Part shown: one piece after another, positions 17,839-28,000 of the stretch
Layout of the letters: each line of letters begins with the position of its first letter
Position numbering within the stretch: the first letter of the stretch is position 1
Assembly (NCBI GenBank): GCA_009885995.1
Contig: VFJQ01000050.1
Coordinates: forward strand, 8,088-72,087
Reading direction: 5' to 3'
Source: Verrucomicrobiota bacterium
GTDB taxonomy: Bacteria; Verrucomicrobiota; Verrucomicrobiia; Chthoniobacterales; Chthoniobacteraceae
Length of the DNA stretch: 64,000 nucleotides
Program-made: the position numbers and the translations under genes
The notes under the pieces: model-generated
The model's database searches: none
Seen by the model: only the letters and a program-made list of their open reading frames with translations
What the model was told of the DNA's origin: nothing

Positions 17839-17858
17839 TTTCAGTAATATTACGGAAA
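17839..17858. promoter_or_regulatory. AT-rich near-perfect 20-bp palindrome (candidate operator or promoter element) upstream of the histidine kinase gene
   Basis: TTTCaGTAATATTACgGAAA has a perfect 10-bp core, GTAATATTAC, and one mismatched pair. It is very AT-rich for this genome. It lies 50 nt upstream of ATG 17908, or 17 nt upstream of the alternative ATG 17875. Confidence 0.3.
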
Positions 17859-17907
17859 GCCTGATGCGTCGCGTTTGCGGGCACGGGGCGTGCAGTTCTC
17901 AGCGCCC

Positions 17908-20136
17908 ATGGTCTTGCCCACTCGGACCTTATTCGTCTCACTCGTCCTCGCGCTGGTCTCGATCGCGGCGGCTGTGGACGATTTCGATTTTGAGGCTGCC
18001 CGCAAGCGCCTGCACGAGGCGGGAGAACGCGATGACCGCCCGGCGGTGCGAGCCGCGGCGGCGGAGACTCGGCAAGCGGCCCGCGCCGTGCCGAATGAGC
18101 CCACCGTCGCCCGACGCCTGAACGAGTCGGCTGCGTTCATTCGCAAGAACCTCAGCTTCATGCCGGTGGTGCATGAGCTTGCGGTCGAGGCTGTGGATCT
18201 CGCGCAGGACGGCGGCTACCTCGATCAAAACCTCGACCTCTTTTACTGGGCCGCGGACTCGGCGAAGCTGCTGCGCCGCTACGAAGACCAGCTCCGCCTC
18301 GCGCAGGACTGGCTCGACCGCGCCGACGCCACCGGCAATCAACTTCAGTTCGTGCGGGCGGCGTTTCTCGTCGTCGATGCGCACTGGACACTCGACCAAC
18401 TCGACCAGGGCCTCGCCGTGGCCGAACGCGCCATCTCACTCGCGCAAACGCTCGATCAGCACCGCATGGCCGGCTTTCTCCTGCTACGCACCGCGGCCAC
18501 CTACCGGCGCGTGGGCGACCGGCCAAAGCAGATGCGCGCGCTCACCGAGGCGCTCGCCGAGGCCCGCAAATCCAAGGACGTCGGCATCGTCGCCGAAACC
18601 GCCGGGCAGCTCGGCTACGAGCGCGAACTCGACAGCCAGCCGGATGCGGCGGACTTGATCGACGAAGCCGCCCGCGCCGCGCGCACCGTGGGCAGGAGCA
18701 TGAGTGGCGCGACCGGGCTCGCGCATGTGGCGGCGTATCACCTCCACCGCTCCGAGCTCGATCTCGCGGAAACGACGGCGCGCGAGGCCGTGGGCAGCGC
18801 CGCGGTCGCGGGGTTCAAGGGCATGCACTTCACCGCATCGACCACGCTGGCCCTCGCGCTCTCGCGCAAGGGCGACATCCCGGGCGCAATCGCCGCGGCT
18901 GAAGCCAGCATGGAGCGGCTGCCGGCGGACCTGCTCGACGATCCGACGCGGCTCAGCTTCGAGGAGCGAAGCGGGCTCGTGAGCCTGACGGGCGCGCTCG
19001 CGGACTTGCATGAATCCGGGCGCGATTTCGAAAAGGCGCTGCACTTCCAGCGGCTCGCAGCACGGGTGCAAGCCCTCGACACCGAATCGCGACACAAGCT
19101 GCTCATCGCTCAGGCCAACTACCGGCTCGAGGCGGCGCAGCGCGATCAGAAGATCCACGACCTCGAACGCGGCCGGCACCTCCAGCAACTCGAACTTGAG
19201 ACGGAACGCCTCGCCTTGATGAACGAACGCAACCGGGGCAAGGCGCTCGAAAAAATCGAGGACGCCCGCAACCTCGAACTGGCCAGCACCCGGCGTATGA
19301 ATGGGGCCTACGCCATCATCGCGATCCTGGCGGTCTGCCTGCTCGGTGTGAACTTGTATGCCGTCTTCGCCCAGCGGCGCAGCGGGGCTTTGCTGCGCAA
19401 GCAGAACGAGCAACTCCGCCTGCTCAACGCGGAGAAGGACGAGTTCCTCGCCATCGCCGCGCACGACTTGAAGAGCCCGCTCGGCGGCATCCAGCGGGCG
19501 TGCGAGATCATCGCCGACCACCAGACCGGGGTGGACTTCGCACGTGAGCTGGCGGGCGACATGTCGCAGAGCGCGGCGCGGATGTTTCACCTCGTCACGC
19601 GGCTGCTCGATCTGCGCCGCATCGGCCACGCCGCCGAGCCGCTGACGCCATGCAACGTGACCGAGCTGGCGCGCAGCATTCACACCGAGACGCTACCGCG
19701 GGCCGCGGCCAAAGGGATCGTGCTCGAGCTGGACGCGCCCGCCGAACCCGTGCGCGCGCTCGGAGACCCGGTGCGCATCAGCCAGATCCTCGACAACCTG
19801 CTTTCGAACGCGCTGAAATTTTCCCCCCAGGGACGGCGGGTGACGGTCACGGTAGCGCAAGACGCCACCGGACCGTCGCTCGTCGTGTGCGATGAAGGGC
19901 CGGGCATCTCGCGGGAGGAGCAGGAGAAGCTCTTCCAAAAATTCACGCAGCTCAGTGCGCGGCCCACGGCGGGCGAGCATTCGAGCGGCCTCGGTCTCGC
20001 CATCGTCCACGCCCACGTCGCCGCGCTCGGCGCCGCGATCACTTGCGAGAGCGAGCCGGGCCGCGGCACGCGATTCGTCGTGCGATTCCAGCCCGTGCCT
20101 CACCCGCAGGCGGTGCCCGTGCCCGCAGCGGCGTAA
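17908..20136 (+). CDS. Sensor histidine kinase with a large N-terminal TPR-like extracytoplasmic region
   Basis: ATG at 17908 gives the signal/TM segment MVLPTRTLFVSLVLALVSIAAA. About 440 aa of helical repeat region and a coiled coil follow, then a TM segment (AYAIIAILAVCLLGVNLYAVFA). HisKA is EKDEFLAIAAHDLKSPL. HATPase_c motifs are LSNALKFSP, VCDEGPGI and GLGLAIV. The start could instead be 17875. Confidence 0.88.
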   Translation: MVLPTRTLFVSLVLALVSIAAAVDDFDFEAARKRLHEAGERDDRPAVRAAAAETRQAARAVPNEPTVARRLNESAAFIRKNLSFMPVVHELAVEAVDLAQDGGYLDQNLDLFYWAADSAKLLRRYEDQLRLAQDWLDRADATGNQLQFVRAAFLVVDAHWTLDQLDQGLAVAERAISLAQTLDQHRMAGFLLLRTAATYRRVGDRPKQMRALTEALAEARKSKDVGIVAETAGQLGYERELDSQPDAADLIDEAARAARTVGRSMSGATGLAHVAAYHLHRSELDLAETTAREAVGSAAVAGFKGMHFTASTTLALALSRKGDIPGAIAAAEASMERLPADLLDDPTRLSFEERSGLVSLTGALADLHESGRDFEKALHFQRLAARVQALDTESRHKLLIAQANYRLEAAQRDQKIHDLERGRHLQQLELETERLALMNERNRGKALEKIEDARNLELASTRRMNGAYAIIAILAVCLLGVNLYAVFAQRRSGALLRKQNEQLRLLNAEKDEFLAIAAHDLKSPLGGIQRACEIIADHQTGVDFARELAGDMSQSAARMFHLVTRLLDLRRIGHAAEPLTPCNVTELARSIHTETLPRAAAKGIVLELDAPAEPVRALGDPVRISQILDNLLSNALKFSPQGRRVTVTVAQDATGPSLVVCDEGPGISREEQEKLFQKFTQLSARPTAGEHSSGLGLAIVHAHVAALGAAITCESEPGRGTRFVVRFQPVPHPQAVPVPAAA

Positions 20137-20194
20137 ACCGAAACCCGGCTCCGGCGTTGACTGGCGCCGTCGTAATGAGAGGAATGCGCGGCCT

Positions 20195-20830
20195 ATGCCC
20201 CCGCTCCGCACCTTCGCCCTCGAAGACGAAACTCTCGTCCGCAAGCTGCTCGTGGTCGCGCTCTCGGCGATGCCCGAGGTCGCCGTGGTCGGCGAGTGCG
20301 GCGATGGCGTGGAAGGCGAGCGCATGATCCTGGAGTTGCGGCCGGATCTCGTGCTGCTCGACATCAACCTGCCCAACCGCGACGGCGTCACCGTCGCGCG
20401 GCGCGTGCTCGGTGTGCTGCCGGATCTGCGGATCGTGGCGATCAGCTCGCACGTCGATGCGCTCACGGTGCAGACCACGCTGCAGCTCGGTTTCATGGGC
20501 TACGTGGATAAATTTCAGCCACCCGAGGCCGTGCGCGAAGCGGTGCGGGAAGCCGCGGAGGGGCGGCAATATTTCTCGCACAACGCGCTGCTCGCGCTGC
20601 GCCAGCTCACGAGCGAAACCGACGGCGCACACCGCGTCCTTTCCGCGCAGGAAACCGAAGTCCTGCGGCACCTCGCTGCGGGCCGCGCGAACAAGGATAT
20701 CGCCGAACTGCTGGGCTTGAGCGTGCGCACCATCGAAAGCCACCGTTTCAACCTGCGCAAGAAGCTCGACCTCGCCGACACCGCGAGCCTCACGCGCTAC
20801 GCGATGCAGATCGGGTTGGTGTCGGACTAA
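20195..20830 (+). CDS. NarL/FixJ (LuxR-type HTH) response regulator
   Basis: ATG at 20195. The REC domain is RTFALEDETLVRKLL...DLVLLDINLPNRDG...IVAISS. The LuxR HTH is LSAQETEVLRHLAAGRANKDIAELLGLSVRTIESHRFNLRKKL. Confidence 0.9.
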   Translation: MPPLRTFALEDETLVRKLLVVALSAMPEVAVVGECGDGVEGERMILELRPDLVLLDINLPNRDGVTVARRVLGVLPDLRIVAISSHVDALTVQTTLQLGFMGYVDKFQPPEAVREAVREAAEGRQYFSHNALLALRQLTSETDGAHRVLSAQETEVLRHLAAGRANKDIAELLGLSVRTIESHRFNLRKKLDLADTASLTRYAMQIGLVSD

Positions 20831-20862
20831 CACGGCCCGATTCAGTTCGGGCGCGGCATTGG

Positions 20863-20970
20863 AAACGCAGAGGCGCGGAGGGCGCGGAGGCGCGCAGAGT
20901 TCCTTTGTCGAGACGGTGCCCGCAAATCTTCACTCTGCGATCCCTTTGCGCCCTCCGCGCCTCTGCGTTT
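20863..20970. repeat. Intergenic palindromic (REP-like) element: perfect 23-bp inverted repeat with a 62-bp spacer
   Basis: AAACGCAGAGGCGCGGAGGGCGC (20863-20885) is the exact reverse complement of 20948-20970. A second inner pair is CGCAGAGT (20893-20900) with ACTCTGCG (20932-20939). The element sits between convergent genes ending at 20830 and 21009. Confidence 0.7.
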
Positions 20971-21008
20971 AACCACACGCTCGCCTTTGAGCGACGGCAT
21001 CGCTGCGG

Positions 21009-21791
21009 CTAAGACGCCGCCTTCACCTCGTCCCAAAGCGCGTCGAGCTCGGCGAGCGTGAGCTTTTCCAGCGCGAGATTCCGGGCCCGGGCGAGCGCTT
21101 CGATGGTGCGGAAACGCGTGGAGAATTTCCGCGTCGCACCGTGGAGCGCGGTCTCGGCGTCGATGTGGAGTTTGCGCGCGAGGTTCACGACCGCGAAGAG
21201 CAGGTCGCCGATCTCCTCCTCGATCTTCTCCGGCGGAGCGGTCTCGATTTCGTGGAGTTCCTCTCGGACCTTGGCAAACACAGGCTCCGCGTCCGGCCAG
21301 TCGAAGCCGACCTTCGCGGCTTTCTTCTGGATTTTCTCCGCCCGCGTGAGCGCGGGCAGCGCAACGCTCACGTGGTCGAGCACGCTCTCGGGCGCGGCGC
21401 CTTTTTCAGCGCGCTTGATTTCATCCCAGCGCAGGAGCACCGCGGCGGAGTCGGCACACGAGTCGTCGCCGAAGACGTGCGGGTGGCGGCGGATGAGCTT
21501 TTCGCAATGCTCGTGCGTGAGCGCGTCGAAATCGAAGCGACCCGCCTCCGCGGCGATCTGCGCGTGGAATACAACCTGGAGCAGCAGGTCGCCGAGTTCC
21601 TCGCGCAAGTTCACGTCGTCGCGCGAGTCGATCGCATCGATGACTTCGTAGGCTTCCTCGATCAGCCCCGCCCGGAGCGAAGCGTGCGTCTGCTCGATGT
21701 CCCACGGGCACCCGCCCGGCCCGCGGAGGGCAGCGACGATGGCGCGGAGACGTTCGAGCGGCGGGAGCGAGGCAGGTGGTGCGGGAAGCAT
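21009..21791 (-). CDS. mazG: Nucleoside triphosphate pyrophosphohydrolase MazG (tandem MazG domains)
   Basis: ATG at 21791 (MLPAPPASLPPLERLRAIVAALRGPGGCPWD). Motifs are EEAYEVIDAI...ELGDLLLQVVFHAQIA and a second EELHEIE...EIGDLLFAVVNLARKL. Confidence 0.92.
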   Translation of the reverse strand: MLPAPPASLPPLERLRAIVAALRGPGGCPWDIEQTHASLRAGLIEEAYEVIDAIDSRDDVNLREELGDLLLQVVFHAQIAAEAGRFDFDALTHEHCEKLIRRHPHVFGDDSCADSAAVLLRWDEIKRAEKGAAPESVLDHVSVALPALTRAEKIQKKAAKVGFDWPDAEPVFAKVREELHEIETAPPEKIEEEIGDLLFAVVNLARKLHIDAETALHGATRKFSTRFRTIEALARARNLALEKLTLAELDALWDEVKAAS

Positions 21792-22028
21792 GGCGCCGGC
21801 TTTATGCCAAAGGGCGACCGCTCGCGCCACTGCGAGCCGTCGAAAAGAAGTAGCTTCTAGCCGGTTCAGTGAAGTCTTTTTCAGACTTGTCCGTGCCGCC
21901 GGTGGATTGCGCGGTCCTGGAGGGATAATTCCTTGACGGCTTCTGGCCGGTGCGTGTTCTTGGAGCAACATCCCTCCGTTGCCTTGAGCAGGTTGTTACC
22001 CCCGTTCACTGGACATGCGGAGTGGGTC

Positions 22029-25000
22029 ATGTATAAAAGAATTATGTGCCGCCTTCCCCGTTCCATCTGCGCCGGCTCCATCGCGGGTTTCGTCGCTGCT
22101 CTCGCCCTGTTCCCGGCTCGTAGCCGAGCCGCGATCGTCTATTGGGATCTCGACGGGACGACCGCCGGCGCCGGCGGAGGTTCGACGCCGGTCGGCACTT
22201 GGAACTCCAGCAACGTTTTCTGGAACTCGCAGGCTCTCGGCACTGGCGCGACTGCGGCGTGGGTGGCGGGAGACATCGCGACGTTCAGCGCGGGCACGAA
22301 TGCCACCGGCGCCTACACCGTTTCGATCACAGGCACGCAGAGCATCGGCGGGCTCGTGTTTGAAGACGGCACGGTCACGCTCTCGGGCGGCACGCTCAGC
22401 CTCGCGGCGGCCTCGGATTTCTTCGTCGGCAGCAGTCTCGCGGCGCGGATCGATTCGACGATCAGCGGCTCGGCGGCGCTGCGGAAGACGGGGGGCGGCA
22501 GCTTGCGGCTCGGTGTGGCAAACACGTTCAGTGGGCCCCTGACGATCGCCGAGGGGACTCTTTCCGTGACGGCGGAGGCTGCGCTGGGCACGGGCACTTC
22601 GCCGGTCACCGTGGAAGGGGTCACGACACGCGGCCAGGGCGGCGGACAATTGGCGATCGGCGGCAGCACGACATCGGGGATCACGGTGAATCGCGCGCTG
22701 CTCGTCACCGGCGGCGGGCCGGGTGGCGATGGCGCGGCGCTGCTCAGCGTGGGGAGCAATACCTTCAACAACGTCACCACCGGCACAGTCAGCGACACGC
22801 GGATCTTTGCCACCGACGGCACGACGACGGTCACGATGCTGAACGCCGGCCCTGGACGAACCACGCAATTGAGCGGACCGGGCCGCTGGGTGGTGAGCGG
22901 CGTGACGCTCTCGGGCCAGACGAGCACCCTGCTGGAAAAGGCGGGCGGAGGCGGGATGATCCTGACCGGCACAAACTTCATCGAAAACGAAGTGCGCGTG
23001 AGCGGCGGTTCGCTGCGGATCGCGAGCGGGGCCGGCCTGCCGGTGCTCTCGCCGAATGGAGGCGTGCTGGAGCTGCGAACGGATAGCGTCGCGTCGTTCG
23101 TGGATACGCGGCTGATCGGGCGTGGGACCAGCACCGTCTTCGCCGACCGCGCCGTCGGCAGTGCCGCCGGGCTATTGAACGAAACGGTGGTGTTTTCCGA
23201 TAGTTCATTCGCGAATGCAGCCACGATCACCTACGGGAGCCGCAACGGTTTCGGGTTCACACTCACGGGCCTAGGCAGCGTCTTCGCAGACATCATTTTC
23301 CCGGCCGGCGGGGTCACCATGACCAACACATCGAGCGGGCTGCTGACGCTCGCGGGCAACCTCAACTTCGTAACCCCCGACAGCACGACACGGGTTCACA
23401 CGATTTCGGGTAATGGCGACACCATCGTCACCGGCAATATCCTTTGGACAGGCGCCACGCATCGCTTGGACAAGGGCAGCGCCACGGTAGGCAACGGCAC
23501 GCTGACGCTCCTTGGAACGGCTTCGACCTACGTCGGCGGGACCTTGATCAATTCTGGCACGCTCGGCGTCCGACAACTCACCGCCACGGGGAGTGGCGCG
23601 ATCAGCCTCGGCACTCTGGCGACTGGAGTCGGCGCGCTCAGCTACCTAGGTGCCGCGAGCACGGGCGCGGGCGAGACGAACTCGAAGGTCTTCATTTCAC
23701 CCGGCACCGGAGCCACGATCGGCGCGATCCTAGCGAACCAATCCGGCTCGGCACCGTCGCCGCTGATGCTCGCGGGTAGCTTTGCCTCGACCGGCACGGG
23801 CAACAAGACGCTGTTCCTCGGCGGCACGAGCGCGCTCGACAACACGTTCAGCGGCCTGATCCAGGACAACTCCGGCACGAACAAAACCAACCTCGCCAAG
23901 GTCGGAGCGGGCACGTGGATCTATAGCCCGGAGGTGCTGGGGTTCAGCACCGGAGCGACGCCGACGACCGGGGCAGTCCCGACCAGCGGAGCAGTGACCA
24001 CCAATCCCGCCCAAGCCAATTCGGGGCAGGACATGATCACCCTCGCCAGCACCAGCGGCGTGGCCATCGGTCAGCTCATCAGGGGGACGAACATCCCGGC
24101 CAATTCGACCGTGACGGCGATCAACGCGAACACGATCACCATCAGCAACACGCTCGCGTCGAATGTGACGGCTGGCACGTCGCTCACGTTTGGCACGATC
24201 ACAGGAGGCGCGACGACGACAAACAACGCGCTGGCGATGGGGGGGCAGAACATGATCACTCTGGCGAGCGCGGCTGGCGTTGCCGTCGGCGAGGCCGTCT
24301 TCGGCCCCAACGTTCCCGCGAACACAATTGTGACGGCGCTCAATGGAACCACGGTCACACTCAGCAACGCGCTCAGTTCAGACGTTGCCATCGGAACCTC
24401 GTTTACGTTCAGCGTGCGCATCCGCGTCTCCAGCACCACTTTGCTCGCCGTGGGGCAGCTCGTGACGGGCACGAACGTCCCGGCCGGCTCGACCGTGACG
24501 AGTGTCGATCCGGCGACGAGCACGGTGACGATCAACAACAACATCGGCACGAGCATCGGTGGAAACGACACGCTCACGTTCGGCAGCCAGACCAACGCCA
24601 ACTCATTCGTCGTCTCAAGCCTTTCCGGCATCGTGCTCGGCCAGACCGTGTCGGGAACCAATGTGCCGGCGACCTCGATCGTGTCGAAGATCGATCCTGC
24701 GACCAATACAGTCACGATCAGCAACAACATCACCACCAGCGTCGGCGGCGGAGCCTCGCTCACTTTCGGCGCGGTGTCTGGGTTCACCGGCAATGTCACC
24801 ATCGCCGGCGGCACGCTGAAAATCCGGCCCACGGCGACGAGCGGAAGCGGTTCCGATGTGGTGAACAACGGCAGTTCGCTAACATTCAACGCGGACCCGC
24901 TCACCAGCAATCAAGTGGCGGGCGGCACCTTTGAATATGTGGGCGTCTCAAACGCGGCGAGCAGCGAAACGCTGGGGGCGCTGAGTGCGACGGCTGGCGC

Positions 25001-28000
25001 GGGCACGGTGAAGCTCACACCCACGGGAGCAGGCTCGGCAGCGCTGACGTTCGCTTCGGTCGCCGCGAGCGCGGGCTCGGGGTTGAACTTCGTCGTCCCG
25101 GCTGGTGCGGGCAATAGCGTCACGCTCACCGGAGCGACGAACACCAATGGGATCCTCAACGCTCACGTTTATCTTAACGGGGCTGATTTCGCGGCAGGCA
25201 CCCCGGTTGCCGCGGCGACCTACACGACGTTCGCTGGCGGGGCCGCGCTGACGACGGCCAATACGACGCCTTACCTCCTGACGGGCGATGTTACCGCACA
25301 AACCACCGCGACGATCAACGCGGGCATCAAGGTCGCCAGCGGCCCACGGGCTCTGACCCTTGCTGCGAGCCAGACGCTGACGCTCCAAAACGGCGCCGCC
25401 ACGGTCGCTGGGGGCATCCTCGTGACCGGAGGAAGCGCTCTCACGATCTCGGGCGGCACCGGCATCACCTCCGGCGGAGCGGCGGACTTGGTCTTCCGCA
25501 CGGACACTTCCTCGGACACGATCACTCTTTCGACGCCGATCCTGGCGGGCAGCACGGGCGGCTTCACCAAGAACGGCGCGGGCACGCTGATCCTCAGCGT
25601 CCCCAACGCGGAGACAGGCGCGGTGACGATCAACGAAGGCACCGTGAGGCTCTCGGGCACCGCGACGCTGGGCGGCTCGAATATCGGTCTCACTACCCGC
25701 CAAGGTGCGACGTTCGACTTGAACGGAATCAACCTCGGCACGGCCAGTTCGACGACCAACGCGGTGGGACCGCTCGTCGGCGCAGGCACGATCACCAACA
25801 GCGCCGCCAGCGGCACCGCGAGCCTTCGCTTCGGGAACAACGGGTCGAACACCCTCTTCAGCGGCAGCATCCAGAATGGCGCCACGGCCACCATTTCGCT
25901 CGTGAAGGGCGGAGGCGGCACCACCGCGCTGACCGGCACGAGCAGCTTCACCGGCCCGATGGCGCTGGTGGGCGGCACGATCCAAGCCACGACGCTTGCT
26001 AACATCGGCGTGGCCAGCAGCATCGGCGCGGGCAATGGCTCCAGCGACGACACCAATGCGGCAAGCTTGGTTTTTGGAAGCAGCACCACGACTGGAACGC
26101 TGCAATACACGGGCAGCACGAACACCAGCAACAACATCTACCAGACCACCCAAACGCCCTCGGTTTCGATCAACCGCCTGTTCACCCTCGCGGGGGCTGG
26201 CACCATCGAATCCTCAGGCACGTTCGGCAATGCAGTGATCGGAACGGGCCAGGCGAACAGCGCGGCGCTGGTGTTCAACAATACGGCCCCGGTGCGCTTC
26301 AGCGGCACCGGCGTGCGAACGCTGACGCTCGGCGGCACCTCGACGAGCGACAACGAGTTCCGCCTCCAACTCATCAACAACTTCAACGGCACCCCCCCAT
26401 TGAACGGCGCGGCGCTCAGTCTGGTCAAGGCGGGCGTGGGCCTGTGGATCCTCAATCCCAATCCCGCGACGCCCAATACCTACACCGGCGTGACCAATAT
26501 CACCGGCGGCGCATTGCAGGCCATCGAGGGCATCGGGGTTCCGACGGGTAGCAATCTGAACTTGAACGGCGGCGTGTTTCAAACTTCGGGCACGTTCACG
26601 CGCACGATCGGCCTTCTAGCGGGGGAGGTTCAGGTCTCGGCGGCAGCGGGCGGCTTTGCTGCGTCCTCGGGGAAGTTGACTGTCACGCTGAGCGGCGGCG
26701 CTTTGATCACCTTGGGCGGCGAAGCGTTTGACCCAACCGCGCTAATTTTTGGTTCGAGTTCGGCGCTGGGAGAGGTGGAGATGACAAACAGCATCGATCT
26801 CGCGGGGCTGACGTTTCCGCTCCAGGTCGATGACAATCCCAACACGGCGCTGGATCTTGCGCGGCTCTCGGGCGTGCTCAGCAATGGGGCGGTCACCAAG
26901 ACCGGTGGCGGCACGCTTTACCTCACTGGCGTGAACACCTACGCGGGCGATACCGCGATCAACGGCGGCGCGCTGGTGATCAGCCTGCTCGGCGACAGCA
27001 CTTCCGCGAACAGCAATATCGGCACGGGAGCCGGGAAGGTGCGGATCGATAACAACGCGACACTCAGCTACGTGGGCACGGGGTTGACGACTGATCGCGC
27101 GATCATCATGGCCGGCGCGACGGGCGGCGCGACGATCGATGCGAGCGGCTCAGGGCCGCTGGTGTTGACGAATGTGGTGACTTCCCTCGCCGACGGCGCG
27201 GGCGCGGGCGCGAAGACGCTGACCCTGCGCGGGTTCAGCGCGGACGCGAATGAAGTGCGCAGCGAGATCAAAAACAACGGCGTAGGCGTCAACGACCCCA
27301 TCTCGCTCACCAAGTCCGACGCCGGGATCTGGATTCTTTCGGGCGCGAATACTTACAGCGGTGCCACGACCATCAATGGCGGTTCGCTCGGCATCGGCCA
27401 CAACAGCGCTTTCGGTCCCAGCGGCACGGTGACGCTGAGCAATGCCAGCCTCTTCTCCGCCGGTGCGGATCGCACCTTCTCCAACCCCTTCACCATGGCC
27501 GGGAATACGACCAACGCCGTGTATGGCGAATTCTCCCTGACCCTCGGGGGCAACGTGCTATTCGCCAGCTCAGCCGGGACTAACACCCTGAGCAACTTCC
27601 TCGCGACCGGCAGGACGCTCACGATCAACGGGACGGTGACCAACGCGGATACAGCCAATAACCGCACGCTCACGATCAACGGCACCGGGACGACCAACCT
27701 CGCCGGAGTGGTGCAGGATCAGGCGACCAACAGCCGCACCACCAGCATCACCTACAGCGGGACCGGCCTGCTGCTGCTCACTGGACCGAACACCTACACG
27801 GGCACGACGACGCCGGTGAGCGGCGCGATCCAGGCGCAGGACGGCACCGGCTTACCAGCGAACAGCGTGCTCCGACTGAGCAACGGCGTCTTCCAGACCA
27901 GGAACCCCTTCTCGCGCACGCTCTCGACTGAAACGACTGGCACGAACCTCGTGGGCTGGGCCAGCGGCGGCGGCTTTGCGGCGGCGGGTGGAAACCTGAC

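Noticed and set aside
17875-17907. The upstream ATG at 17875 as the start of the histidine kinase.
   Set aside because: ATG 17908 begins directly with a signal/TM-like segment (MVLPTRTLFVSLVLALVSIAAA). The 11 extra residues (MRARGVQFSAP) add nothing recognisable. This start is not excluded, and I note it as an alternative.
20790-21036. Small ORFs 20790..20978 and 20842..21036 in the intergenic gap.
   Set aside because: They are translations of the palindromic REP-like element (low-complexity Arg/Ala/Ser peptides) and overlap each other on the same repeat.
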